Of a stretch of 64,000 bases of DNA, positions 1 through 11,930 are shown one piece after another. The DNA comes from Tubiluchus corallicola (taxonomy: Eukaryota; Animalia; Priapulida). Made by a program: the position numbers and the translations under genes. Below the pieces are notes generated by a model. That model was not told the origin of the DNA, ran no database searches, and saw nothing but the letters and a program-made list of their open reading frames with translations. How positions within the stretch are numbered: position 1 is the first letter of the stretch; every line of letters starts with the position of its first letter. The stretch spans positions 355,414-419,413 of the forward strand of contig JAQGDQ010000007.1 of assembly GCA_030141605.1 (NCBI GenBank), written 5' to 3'.

Positions 1-183
1 TTCATGCCTGACTGCTAAATGCTAAAGCTGTTTGTATCAAGCAAGTTTTAGTTGCGATTTATGTGTCTTCAGGCATCAGTGTAAACATTATGCAAAGGAA
101 TTTTGTCTGCAACCTGTGGCTATAGTAACTGGTATTGAGACGAAATTGTCCCAGTGTCTCCCTAGGCTTGCCTTTTACTTAGC

Positions 184-480
184 ATTCTTTAACTGCTAAT
201 TGCCTAGTGCTTGTGCTAATGAGAGAGAAACACCTAACTAGGTATTGGTAAGAAACATCGGTGGTTTCAAGCAAGCAGAAAGAAATTAATCAGTGGAAAT
301 ATGAATAAAACTCATAAAATGTTAGTTTATATGAATTAAGTAGCATTTATTTTTGCTCTGTACCTTATCTCTATTCTTTTACATTTCTTTCTATGGAAAT
401 TTTGGTTTTGTTTACGACCTTACGATCAAAGTCGCATTTTGCTGGAATGCATTAGTGTTGTTAAGCTAGGACTTTTGTAC
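184..480 (+). repeat. Dispersed repeat, copy 1 (related to 37011-37305)
   Basis: Shared core TATTGGTAAGAA...GTTTCAAGCAAGCAGAAAGAAATTAATC...TTTATATGAA...TTTCTATGGAA...TTGTTAAGC; boundaries approximate. Confidence 0.7.
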
Positions 481-692
481 TTGCAGTTTAGCAAACTTGG
501 TTATGTTGATAAATACAGGAGCAATAAAAAATGAACACATTTTATTATGTGTGGATCAGTAAGCCTTGCCAGCATATTACTGAGTTTAAATTTTATACAC
601 CTTTTTATTATTATTAGTGAATATGTAAAATATGCAACAATTTTTGATAATTAAAATGGCAAAGTGATTAGTTGGTGAACATTTCTGTTTAG

Positions 693-836
693 CAAATCAA
701 CGTTTTTCAACGTTTTGACAAAAAGTCAGGCAGCTGCAGAGAATTTTCCTTTCTGTACAATTGATCCAAACGAAAGTCGTGTTCCGGTACCGGACACCCG
801 ATGGGAATACTTATGCAACTATTACAAGCCTGCCAG
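693..836 (+). CDS. OLA1: OLA1 exon (end of P-loop and G2 motif)
   Basis: tttag|C...CCAG|gtaagt; KSTFFNVLT...[18 protein letters not shown]. Confidence 0.95.
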
Positions 837-3800
837 GTAAGTAGGTACAACTGTAAATGGTAAGCAGTTGCCTCTTGATTGATTGTTTTCCTTCTTACTT
901 AGCTGATTGATTGGCTGACTGGCTCATTTAAATCAACTGATGGACTGACTTACTGACTGACTGCCTTCTTGTTTGTTGAATCGACAGTGCAAATGCTTGT
1001 AAAATAACCAACTAGTCATGATTTGTTATAAGTTTATTTATCATTACAACCAAAAGGTAGAATCACAATATAGTATAAAATTACAAAATATAAAAATTTA
1101 TAAGGATACGCAACATAGAACATACAGTGACAAGCACTACTACATAATATATATGAACTAAATCAAATAAGTTTAAACTTGTTTGAAAATTAAATAAATC
1201 ATGTGAGATAAAACTATTCTTGAATATCTGTGCTCTGCATTTAGGTGAGGGTATTTCAGATAGTGGAGAGTAGTACGGTAGAATTCGCTTAATAAATCCA
1301 GCTGTTTATTGTAGCCACTACGGCTGGAATAGAATTGTATAATGGTATAACTTAGTAAAATTTGTGGTTTATTAAATCCAAACTTTGCCTTATAAACCTG
1401 CCTTGCATGGTGCAAAGACAACAAAATTGTGACACAGACCACATGATTGTTCCAGGTTCTAACTTGAGCTAGATCGGAGTCTTTGTTCTGAGTACATTTT
1501 ACGTCTTTGCATTTTTTTCTATTTAATTCTTTGTCTTTAGTAGTCTAACTTACATGTTACGATGTAAAAGTGTCAGTCAAGTACAAAGCGAGTGATCTAA
1601 TTAGGTTAAACTAAAATGCTCATTTACATGTATTGCATTTTTTAAACAGGTAGGCAACTTATCACACACTAACGGTAAAGACATTCGTAGACAAACAATA
1701 CATAGTTTACGGGAATTACTTTAATTATACAAATGCTAATAAATTAGTGCACTTGAACCATAAGCAGTTTCCCATCGCTAAGAGTATTGACTTCATAAAT
1801 ACACAGTAAATACAGTAATAAGACAAAAAATTTTACTTAGCTTTGCATCAAGGTGGATTCATTAAGCGAAGTATATTGTATATCTGTTTACACAGTGTGG
1901 CTTGTACTGCTTGCATTGCAGGCATTCACTTCATTGCACAGTGTTACCCGATATGGACATTAGGTCCATAAGACTGATGAAAGTGTAAGTGACTCTTCAT
2001 AGCCGCCTGCTTTTCTAGCAACTATTCTGCTGAAACTGCAAGTATCATTTCTAAAATTTTTTAGAGTGACCCTTTGCCACCAAATTCAGAACTTTCTGGG
2101 GAAAAGTAGCATGTAATTAATGAAAATAATCTGCTGCTAGTTGTAAGCTAACTGACTGACTATATGTACGAGAAAGTAAATTGATTAGTTGCCTATATAT
2201 TCATATAATTAGTTATATATATAGGCAACTAATCAATTTACTTTTTCGTATTTTATATAGTATAATTAATGTACAATTTTCCGTGTCATTTTGCAGCAAA
2301 GTGCCGGCATTTCTGAACGTGGTCGACATCGCTGGTTTAGTGAAAGGTGCAAATGAAGGCCAGGGATTGGGAAATGCTTTCTTATCTCATATCAGTGCCT
2401 GCGATGCTATATTTCATATGACACGTAATAGCTGATTTTATAACTAGCATTTGTGTTTGTTTTATTTAGAAACAAACGCCTGTGATAATCTGATCTGATA
2501 GTAATTTGTTATTTAAAAAAACAATTTTAGTATGACCTAATTTTTACATTCACGACTTTGCCTTACATAATGTTTGAAATATCAATGCTTTTTATAGCAT
2601 TGATACTTAATAAGTGATTTTTTAATAAAAGTCGTTTCTTTCAATAATACTATAAATACCTGTATAGATTGACTCATAACTATGAAATTTGATGTCGAAA
2701 TTTAATTTTATTATGATGAATGGTTGATTTTTATTCTTCGAAGATATTTTACCTGATTTTAACGATTTAATTGAATGTTTTTTCCACACACTTTTTTAAC
2801 TTTATGTGAGAAGTTTGAATTTCTGTAAAAATAGGCGGGAGAGCAAAACTTAGGCGACTGAATGCCCTGAATTCAATTACTTTTGCAAATACAGAATTGA
2901 GTTTAATTTTATCAATTTTCTAAATGTGTGTACTTTTACTTGTATATCGAAAACAAGAACAAGTAACTAAAATATTCGTACAATTATTGATAATTATTAC
3001 ATTTTTACAATGACAATGAAACAAAGAGTAATTAGTACATGTTTAGTAACAAAGGTTTACTGGTCTATTATAAGAGGTCTTTTAGTAAAGAAAAAAGAAA
3101 TTACAACATGACTACATTAAATGTATACGTTAAGTCTAATACAAAAAGACTAGACATACATATTTTACTGTACCCATCGTCATCCTGGATAATGAGCAAA
3201 ATAGCAACATAGTGATTATCAGTGTTGTGACTCCTGGCTAACTAGGCCTTTGACGCAGAAAAATTACTATATATATATATATATATATATATAAAACTAT
3301 GAAAAAAGCCTAATTCAGTTAATTACATGGCCAATTGGGCATGATGCCAGCTATGCTGTAGACTTGAGTAACAGTTACATAGGTAATTGAGTGTGATGCA
3401 AATTTAACGCTATGTTTACAGTCAAGAACCAGTGTGCAAGGGCAGATCCATGCAAACAAGGTAAAAAGCACTTTAACTCGAGTTATGCCATACTGGCGTA
3501 GTTCTCGACATTTGAATTCACTGATTACGGAAGTATTGCTGTCTTATATGTGCATTCTGCAGTGATTCCAAAACAGCTGTTGCTAAAATGAAAATGCAAT
3601 AGGTTTTTGTGTTGCACAAGCGCGCAGTTGCACTTTCTTAATCGTCTTGATTTTTTGACAGGAGCATTCGAAGACGACGATGTCACTCATGTAGAAGGTG
3701 ACGTAAATCCTGTCAGGGATTTGTCAATTATTTTAGAAGAACTGAGATTAAAGGATGAAGAGTATATACTAAAACATTACGAGCATTTAGAGAGGGTGGT

Positions 3801-6800
3801 CGTACGGGGAGGAGAAAAGTCAAAGAAAGCAGAATATGTAAGATGTGAATATAAGTATGAATTTGAATTTGAAAATCCAAATATAAGTTTTCTTTGAAAA
3901 AATTCACTGTGATGATTTGTTTATTTACTGTTGTTAACAAAGACTACTGCTGCTGCTAAGTTTTGTGCCGACAAGAATAAATTAGCAAATTATTTGTTTT
4001 TCATGCGCTGTTAGTAAGCCCAGTTTAGTCACCATTTGATTTGTCTTTACCAAGTAGAACCCGATAATGGCAATTTTTTAAAGTTAAATGGCAAAAGTTA
4101 AATGAATAATGCTGTATATATACAATTTAGTTTTTCGATTTTTTATAGGATGTTATGTGCAAGGTTAAGAAAATAGTTGTTGATGAGCGAAAACACGTTC
4201 GATTCTCGGACTGGGCTGCCACCGATATTGACTTTCTCAACAAACATTTGTTTCTCACGGCAAAACCTATGATCTATCTAGTCAATTTATCTGAAAAAGA
4301 CTACATACGAAAGAAAAATAAATGGTGAGGACAGTGCATTCTGTTTTTTATTACAATTTTAGCACCAAATTTATAGTATCATATGAAAGTCATTTTCATC
4401 TTCATGATTTAGGAGTTTGTTTCATTGGAAAATTTCTCCCAAATTGTAATTTGCCTATTTATTGCTAATGGACAAATAATGGATAACATTTGCAGTTTTT
4501 ACTCTGACTATAGTTTACAGAACTTACTAGTATTGTCAGACTTTGTATTGTGCAACCATAGCTGCTTTGAAGCAGATCATGCATTAATCATGTTCAGCAG
4601 ATGATGATCACATAGTTCAGATGATCTGAATGATTAAAAATTTCGCCCCTATCTGATGCTGAGCATATGGGACAGTGGAGATTGGCACATTGCCAATTCC
4701 AGTCAGTATCTGACTGCTGAAAAAAGTTCACTTGGGTGGTTTCTTACATGCCATAAAATGCTGCTTGGTTTTATGAAACTTTTCATGTATTACTTTGACT
4801 GAAAATTTTCAAAGATACGCATGAATTATGCATGCTTTGTTTGCATAGTTTTTCAAAACCTTTTGCCGTTTTGTAGCTTCAAGGTGCAATACTGATCCAG
4901 GTGTGTTGCATTACTGCAGGCAGTTGAGTATATGATGCATATAACTTGTTAACCATCTGTTTTAGGTTGTTAAAAATTAAGGAATGGGTGGATCAGAATG
5001 ACTCGGGCGCCACAATTATTCCGTTTAGTGGAAGTTTAGAATCTAAGCTTATTGATATGGATCCAGAAGAGCGAAAGAAGTACTTAGAAGACAACAAAAC
5101 TACAAGGTTACTGCAAATTCATTTAAATTGTTCTAAAAAACAAAAAAAAATTAGACGTGGTCACTCTGGCAGCAAGGTATTGGCTGCTGTATTGTACAAT
5201 TTTTGATGCTTTACGAGCAAAGCTAAATACAAATTACAGTCAGCACATGATGATCTCATAGTTCAGAGGATCTGTACATTGTACTGGGTGATTAAAAATT
5301 TTTGCCCCTATCTGATGCTGAGTGTATAAATTGTAGTGTGTATACACTGTTACCTAGCCCATTTAAACTAAAGGGTTGTTTTTAGACATATATTTCAAAA
5401 TATAAAATCTGTCTTGCTAAGAAAATTTAAGTCAAATTCAAGTGGCAGAACAAATGGCAGGAAATTGTCATTTAGATTTGTGCTGCAGAATTGTAGAAGA
5501 CATCCAAAGAGAACATCAGAACCACTTGTCTATAACATTAGTAGTAGTATTTTAGTGACAGTAATAACGTTATAGTCCATCAACAACATTACAAAAATTG
5601 GCATGGAGTTAAAAAAAATAAATGTTAACAACAAATAACAACACAGCGAGTTAATTTTCAAAACTGCTGACAATAATTTACTACAAAGTTCAGGTTCTAA
5701 ATGAAATATAGCTCTTGCATTATGTTTAAATACACACCATACATTTCTCTAATTGGCTCAGACAATCTACAGTGTACAATAACATGCGACTCGTCTTGAA
5801 CAGAGACATTATCACATCTGCATATCCTGTTGTCACGAGGAATGGGTGGCCTACCCCATCTTCCAGTCTCAATCCTCATGTGATGAGACGACAGCATAAA
5901 CCTACTAAAAACTTATTCGTAGAGAGTCGGGATATCAGACAAATAAATTGCATGTTGTTTTAATGCCTGGTTGAGGGCTACATTGCAAAAATACCCACTT
6001 TTGTTTACACTTTTAGCCCAAATATTATCTAAAATGGCAGGGTTGTAATCATAATACTTACAAATGGAATTAAATGCATGAGAGTGACGACGTGAATTAA
6101 TTACCAAGCAAACGTTGGAGGTTCATTAAACTTAAGATCACTAAGCTTCATATCCAAAAACTGTTTACATTATTACAAAATTAAGTCTCTGACATTAGCC
6201 ATGTCTGCTTCTACGAGACAGATCATTGAGGGTAGAAAATTTTACTCATAGCAATGTCTAGACCACTTTATTTCAAGACCTTTAAAATTGCATGTTAACC
6301 ACGATTCTGAAACATGGGTAATTGCACTAAAAATACAAGCTTCAGCAACTTTACGCTTAAAACAAAAAGGCATATTATAGTTACAATTTACAAAAGTCAT
6401 GTACTTCAACATACGCTTCGTTTTGTCTTTAATATGAGCTCTCTAACATAATCTTACCGTCATCAGTAATAGGAGATCCAAGATACCAGTATACCTTAGT
6501 ATACTTCACACACAAATCATCAGTGACAATATTCCCTTTATCTGCCGGGATACAATTAGTAGCCATGAATTGAGTTTTAATTTTTTGACTGCCATAGTCA
6601 TTACAAAAGTTTAACAAAATCTTAAATTTTTCAACACAAGCTTCCTTACTTGTAACAATTAAAACCATATCTTCCATTAGTAACAGACTATGACAATTAT
6701 AAAGAAAATTATCTGAACCATACCTGCGAATCATATGGTCAATGTAAAACACAAATAACAAACACCTCGTAGGAACACCTTGCTTATTGTCCATTGAAGC

Positions 6801-9800
6801 ATTTATAATAGCAGTTTTAAACACAAGACGCGTACAGCTATACACCTATACAGCTATAAAAAGCTTTGATCGCGGCACCGTCACATGCCTGACGGAAATC
6901 TACAAATTATGTCCGCAACTTGACATGATTTTCTTTAGCATATTCAATTATCAGACATAACGACACGATTTGTTCAATACACCTGTGATCTGGTTGCCCC
7001 TGACCTGTTCTTGCTCAGGCTTGTACCACATACAGAAACGTTTGGTCAAAATTCATTAAAAAATTTTACTCAGGCTACTGAGCTGCTACTCATTATCATT
7101 ATCCCCCTGTAACTGGCACACAGTTTACGTGATCCCTTTTTAAAAAGAACTACCAACTTAGATAAACACCACTGATTGGGATTTTTAGCCATCGTCAAAA
7201 TAACATTAAACAGATTAACAACAAAAACACACATATGGCAGGAAGCATACAAAACACACCCGATGGGTTACAGTCGCACCCTGGCACTTTATTTGGCATA
7301 ATTTCGTGCAATGATTCTACAAATTCATGATCATAAATATCGTCATCTAACACAGATACAAATGGTGAATTTAGCACTTCAAAATTCTCAAGAGGTTCAG
7401 TGAGAGGATTTAGCAACCTTTCAAAGTGAATATGAAATGCCTCATCAGAAGGTTGCTACATATTACAACTCTGGCAGGATTATAATTGAGTTTGATTATA
7501 TTGAGAGACATCAGCAAATTAGCCTTTATGGAGTATTTTGCTTTAAAAAAAGATTTTTTGATTTTACCTATAGCTCATTAGAGAAGATCATTACTCAAGG
7601 TTACAAGGCACTTCAACTGCTGTATTTCTTTACTGTGGGGCCAGATGAAGTAAAAGCTTGGACCATCATGGTAAATATTTCATGCTTTTTCTTATTTAGC
7701 ATAATTTTTTTGCCTAAGGTTGTCATTATTGTGCAATGCCAAATCTTTGTAATAAGAATATTGATGCCCAGGTGTCTCACATTTTTGCTAACCAGTTATA
7801 TTAATTAAGAACAATGTGTAACAAAAGCAGAAGTGTTGTGAGTGAGAAACAATTTGTGGCTTGGCCGTGGTAACTCTTCTATGCTGGACCTACTGGATTT
7901 TTTAATTAATAGTTTTACTTCATAGTAAGGAAGTAGGCTGCCTGGAGTACGCAAACATTTTGTGAAACAAAAGTCATTATAATCCTGTTAAGTGTCAGTA
8001 TCGTCTAAAAATAAATCACGGCGTGCATAACCCTGGTAGCAAATGGCTAGTGTACTTCTGTGCAGTATGTAAGAGTTAAGAAGGTAAATACAAAGCAAGT
8101 TTGTTGCAAAATGTTGTTTTGTTTAGATCACTGTGTTTGTGTAATGTGCTGCAGTATTCCATTGATCCAGTCATATTAACTTGCACATTTTAGAAAGGAA
8201 GTGTTCTTTTAAAAGTACGTACATGTCATTCGTTTATGAAGCCGATTATTTACTTGATAGAGAAACACCAAGGCTCCTCATGCTGCCGGACGAATACACA
8301 CAGATTTTGAAAAGGGATTTATAATGGCTGAAGTTATGAAATTTGTTGATTTTAAAGAGGAAGGCACAGAGTCAGCTGTTAAGGTATAGCTTTGTTTTTC
8401 AATTATTTTTTTCCTGTTAACTAGCTTGACAGGAAGCTTCCCTAATTTCTAGGTTAGGTGATTACCGACAGAAAACTAGTACATATAAGCAAGACTGTAG
8501 TGACACGTAGGGCTACTTTTCCTGTGTAGTTAATGTTATTTTACCAGCAGCATTTTTATTATGTTTCAAAATGTGTTTTAATGAGATTTTGCACAGTTCC
8601 AGCAATTGATGATGATTGTGAAATGGTTAAAGGTTAAGTGAACCAGACAATGCATTTGTGTACACTTGGCAATGCCTCACTTCTCATACTACTGTAGTAA
8701 TTGTTTTAGCAGTTAGCTAAAGCCTTACCTGGTTCATTTTTTCTTGTTCCCAAGCAAGATCTTGCTAGTAGATCACTCTACACACAGACTAATGTATAAT
8801 TAATGCCTAACTTCCCATACTACTGTAGTAATAGTTTTAGCAGCTAGCTAGAGCCTTACCTGGTTCATTTTTTCTTGTTCCCAAGCAAGATCTTGCTAGT
8901 AAATCACTCTACACACAGACTAATGTATAATTAAGTAAAGATTACATAAAACAACTGAAATTACTGTACTGATGAAGCAGATGGCTTTGCTTTGCCCACG
9001 TCACATGACGGCTGTAGTTAAGACGCGTTGCTGTGGTTCGCTCTACCTTTGACCTGCAGCAACTGCGCATGTACATAGTGAAACTGTGAAAAGGCTTATT
9101 GCTAGCAAATCTCTCAGTGGTGTTTACAGTTGCTGACCCAACGCTTAACATTATCAGGTTAAACCAGTTTTAGTAAGGGCAACTAAATTGCTAAATTTAT
9201 TTCTGGATTGCAACAGTGAGGTTGTAAACACTTTCTTTGGTACCGTACTTACTTGTTTCAGAGCCCAGGTGCTTAATAATTACAAACTAATTACCAGGCC
9301 CTTATTCAAACAATCACTTGTCCTTTCATATGGAAGTTGCTGGATGACACTAGCTAGCTACCTGTTAGTGGCAGCACAGTGTATTACTGTAGCTGTTGAT
9401 GACTTGCATATCACTTAGATAGGGTGCATATTCTACTGAAGCCAACATCACGTAAATGTTGAACAGCCCAGACGGATATTTAAACACAGTTGCTTATTAT
9501 TTTTCCATTTTGTTTTCTTAGGCACTTATTCAGATGGGCACTTAATTAACACAGGTACTAAAACAGTAATTACGGTATTTTATGCAAGTTACATGACGCC
9601 ATCTTTCCTTTGTCTTTATAAACAAAAAATTAATAAAATTACTGTTTCTAAAAAATTACCGTTGGTTAATTATTTATTACAAAAGGGAAGTCATTTATGC
9701 AATTCAGTGTTGTTTTTTCTATCCAGGCTGCTGGAAAGTATCGACAGCAAGGCAGGAACTACATTGTAGAAGATGGTGACATTATCCTGTTCAAGTTTAA

Positions 9801-9837
9801 TGCTGGCGCCGGACTAGCATCTGGCAAGAAAAAATGA
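693..9837 (+). CDS. OLA1: Obg-like ATPase 1 (YchF family), 5'-partial, 8 coding exons in window
   Basis: GT-AG exons 693-836, 2297-2424, 3662-3837, 4149-4324, 4966-5106, 7574-7670, 8261-8383 and 9727-9837 join in frame: (G)[26 protein letters not shown]...DIAGLVKGA...[14 protein letters not shown]...[18 protein letters not shown]...[14 protein letters not shown]...KKK*. The first coding exon (start of the P-loop) lies upstream of the window. Confidence 0.97.
2297..2424 (+). CDS. OLA1: OLA1 exon (G3 DIAG motif)
   Basis: ttgcag|C...ACAC|gtaata; [32 protein letters not shown]. Confidence 0.95.
3268..3293. repeat. (TA)n microsatellite
   Basis: Direct observation. Confidence 0.9.
3662..3837 (+). 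CDS. OLA1: OLA1 exon
   Basis: tgacag|GA...TAT|gtaaga; [20 protein letters not shown]. Confidence 0.95.
4149..4324 (+). CDS. OLA1: OLA1 exon (G4 NLSE motif)
   Basis: tttatag|GAT...AATG|gtgagg; [30 protein letters not shown]. Confidence 0.95.
4590..4666 (+). ncRNA. Intronic C/D box snoRNA, snR60/Z15/SNORD80-like (dual LSU rRNA 2'-O-methylation guide), copy 1
   Basis: Box C ATGATGA 4601-4607; box D CTGA 4653-4656; 10-bp terminal stem ATGTTCAGCA/TGCTGAGCAT (one G:U). Guides CATAGTTCA (4611-4619) and TTTCGCCCCTAT (4641-4652) are antisense to conserved LSU rRNA TGAACTATG and ATAGGGGCGAAA. Confidence 0.9.
4966..5106 (+). CDS. OLA1: OLA1 exon
   Basis: ttttag|G...CAAG|gttact; [22 protein letters not shown]. 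Confidence 0.92.
5240..5321 (+). ncRNA. Intronic C/D box snoRNA, snR60/SNORD80-like, copy 2
   Basis: Box C ATGATGA 5247-5253; box D CTGA 5312-5315; stem TCAGCA/TGCTGA; same two guides as copy 1, with one C>T change in the D guide. Confidence 0.82.
5539..7420 (-). mobile_element. Degenerate 5'-truncated non-LTR retrotransposon ORF2 (RTEX/Proto2-like C-terminus) in OLA1 intron
   Basis: Minus-strand fragments [56 protein letters not shown] and [12 protein letters not shown]...RICRC...[10 protein letters not shown]; (TAC)n-like tail at 5539-5552. The clade assignment is tentative. Confidence 0.85.
7574..7670 (+). CDS. OLA1: OLA1 exon
   Basis: ctatag|C...ATG|gtaaat; [32 protein letters not shown]. 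Confidence 0.95.
8261..8383 (+). CDS. OLA1: OLA1 exon (TGS domain)
   Basis: tgatag|AGA...AAG|gtatag; [24 protein letters not shown]. Confidence 0.95.
8671..8934. repeat. 131-bp tandem duplication (2 copies)
   Basis: AATGCCT..CATACTACTGTAGTAA...CACACAGACTAATGTATAATTAA starts at 8671 and again at 8802. Confidence 0.92.
9727..9837 (+). CDS. OLA1: OLA1 terminal coding exon
   Basis: atccag|GCT...AAA TGA; [36 protein letters not shown]. Confidence 0.95.
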   Translation, partial: AAGKYRQQGRNYIVEDGDIILFKFNAGAGLASGKKK

Positions 9838-10348
9838 TCTTTAGTTCTAACTTTTACTAAAATTATTATCAGGTTCATTCTCGGCTCAATACTGTATCTG
9901 CTGACAACTGTACAACAGTTAGTGGTGTAACACGAGTGCAGTTTGAATGATAAATGCTAACTGACTCATCGTTTGTTTTCATAGAATGTCAAATTAGTTT
10001 TCTCATGAAATTAGTTTTACGTAACTGCGAACCTTACCAGTAAACTAATGCTACTATTTAAGAGTTTTTAATCCTTTTTTTCAAAAGTGGGTTGTTTTAT
10101 GTGGGTAATGTATATTGGGGTTGCTTACATTATTAAATTGAAAGATGGGTCTACCATCTGTGTGGCGAATACCAGAGCAAGCAATTTTTGTATATAGATG
10201 TTGAAAAGTGGTCTATGTACACAAACGATAAATATGTAACATGTGTATTTCATTGTCTGACTACGATCGATAAGATTTTGATTATCATAACATTGTTTAA
10301 TTTACTCCATTCCCAATTCTTTGTGCAAGTTGTGAAAAACTTGTTTCT

Positions 10349-10354
10349 AATAAA
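10349..10354 (+). terminator. Candidate OLA1 polyadenylation signal
   Basis: AATAAA about 510 nt after the stop codon, followed by T-rich sequence; a second AATAAA at about 10376. Confidence 0.5.
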
Positions 10355-11489
10355 ATGCTAAGTTTTTTTTACATAAATAAACTTTTCTGTTTTAAATTAC
10401 TTTCACGAGATTCACTGACACTAACATAAAAATATTAAAAAAAGCATGATGTGTGCCCTGATTATTGACAACATCTCGGTTTTGTTTCCCTATCTTGTCT
10501 TTAATTAGCTGAGATAAGAAAATGATTAAAGCAGCAAACATTGTTCTCTTCTAATGTTTGACTTTACCTACCTAACTAGATTACTTTAACTGATTCTGCA
10601 CGTTCTTTCTGTGGTTTAAATCTTGGGCAATTTTATTAGTACTTAACCCATCTGTAATTTGAATTTCTGAAATTTTTTGTTTGCATTTTCACGGTTTTCT
10701 GTCGTGCTACGAGTCTTGTGAACATTGTTACGTGTGGTTATTCATTTTCTTTGAAGAAACATCTGAACTGTAAACAGTAGGTACAGTCACAGCATTGTAG
10801 TCAGTTTTAGCACAATATCATTCACTCTTAAATTGTACAAAAACAATCTCCAGTAGGTACTGATTTTAAAACGAGTAGCTTAAGTAACTGGAAATGTACG
10901 GGCTATGACCTGCTAGTTTAGATCATCCTGGCCTGTAAGGACTGCCCACCTCCTCTTCTCTTTTCCCTCCTTTCCTTGACTCCTTTAGTATAATACAGTT
11001 TCACTACAATGTTACAAGTGTTTGGTACATGTATTGCAAAAAAATAATGTCTCAGTAGCAAATACAAGATTGACAATTTTTATATTTTTTAGCCCTTGAC
11101 TCTGTACTATGTGAACCAGTTCAAGTCGACTTTTCAGAGCAAAGAATAGCTATTCACCATGTGAATGCTTCACAAAATTACGTAAAAACTTGATTTTTGA
11201 ACACCTTTAATTATAAATATATGGTTGAACAAAAAGCTTGTCTAGATTATCAGTAATCAATATCAATCATTGGTTAACCAGTGCTTGTATTACAAGTAAC
11301 TGCATAACAACAACACAGCATTTGAAAGATGATTTAAAAAATTTTGATTGTGTCCTGCTACATTCTTGCAAAAGTGCACAGAACTATGTTAATCCACGGT
11401 AATGTACACAAAAAGTCGCACAGTTGTTTTATCCTGGTTTTTTTGCGCCTAACCAATTTATGAAAAGGTGTAAGTTCGGGTCTGTTAAA

Positions 11490-11829
11490 TAGGGGTGAGC
11501 GTCGAACATTCGAATTCGATTTGAACGAGTTTTTTTAGTTCGAATTCGATATGAACAATTCAGCACTTCAATAACATACGTTCTTTATCATAGCATAATT
11601 TAGCTGTGATTTCTATGCACAACTTTAGACAAATTATTAGTGGTTTTACTGCAGAACAAAACAGAGTAATATGCATGATATTTGTAAGACTAATTTTTAC
11701 TGGTGGTTCACAAACTTATTCGAAAATCGTTTAATCTGAAATCAAATTAGAAATACTGAAGTTCGGTGTGATTCAAATTCGAAAGTCACAAATTCGAATT
11801 CGCTTTCTGGTAGAGAATGCTCACCCCTA
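11490..11829. mobile_element. Non-autonomous hAT-type MITE (340 bp)
   Basis: Perfect 11-bp TIRs TAGGGGTGAGC/GCTCACCCCTA; perfect 8-bp TSD CTGTTAAA (11482-11489 and 11830-11837); subterminal TTCGAA repeats at both ends. Confidence 0.92.
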
Positions 11830-11930
11830 CTGTTAAACCCATCCCAGCACGACCAGTTCACACAAATAAAATACTTCGAAAGCTACCACCACATTATTAC
11901 AAAGTACAAATTTACATTGCACTATAAACA

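Noticed and set aside
1950-2040. Hammerhead ribozyme (CTGATGA...GAAAC), also at 8969-9085
   Set aside because: No stem II closes between CUGAUGA and GAAA, and no stem I/III with a cleavage triplet could be built
9024-9078. H/ACA snoRNA or miRNA hairpin followed by ACA; a similar case at 3478-3513
   Set aside because: Only one hairpin, with no ANANNA H box and no pseudouridylation pocket with a recognisable target
9392-9443. Third C/D snoRNA (TTGATGA...CTGA)
   Set aside because: Too short (about 45 nt between box ends), weak terminal stem and no rRNA-complementary guide recognised
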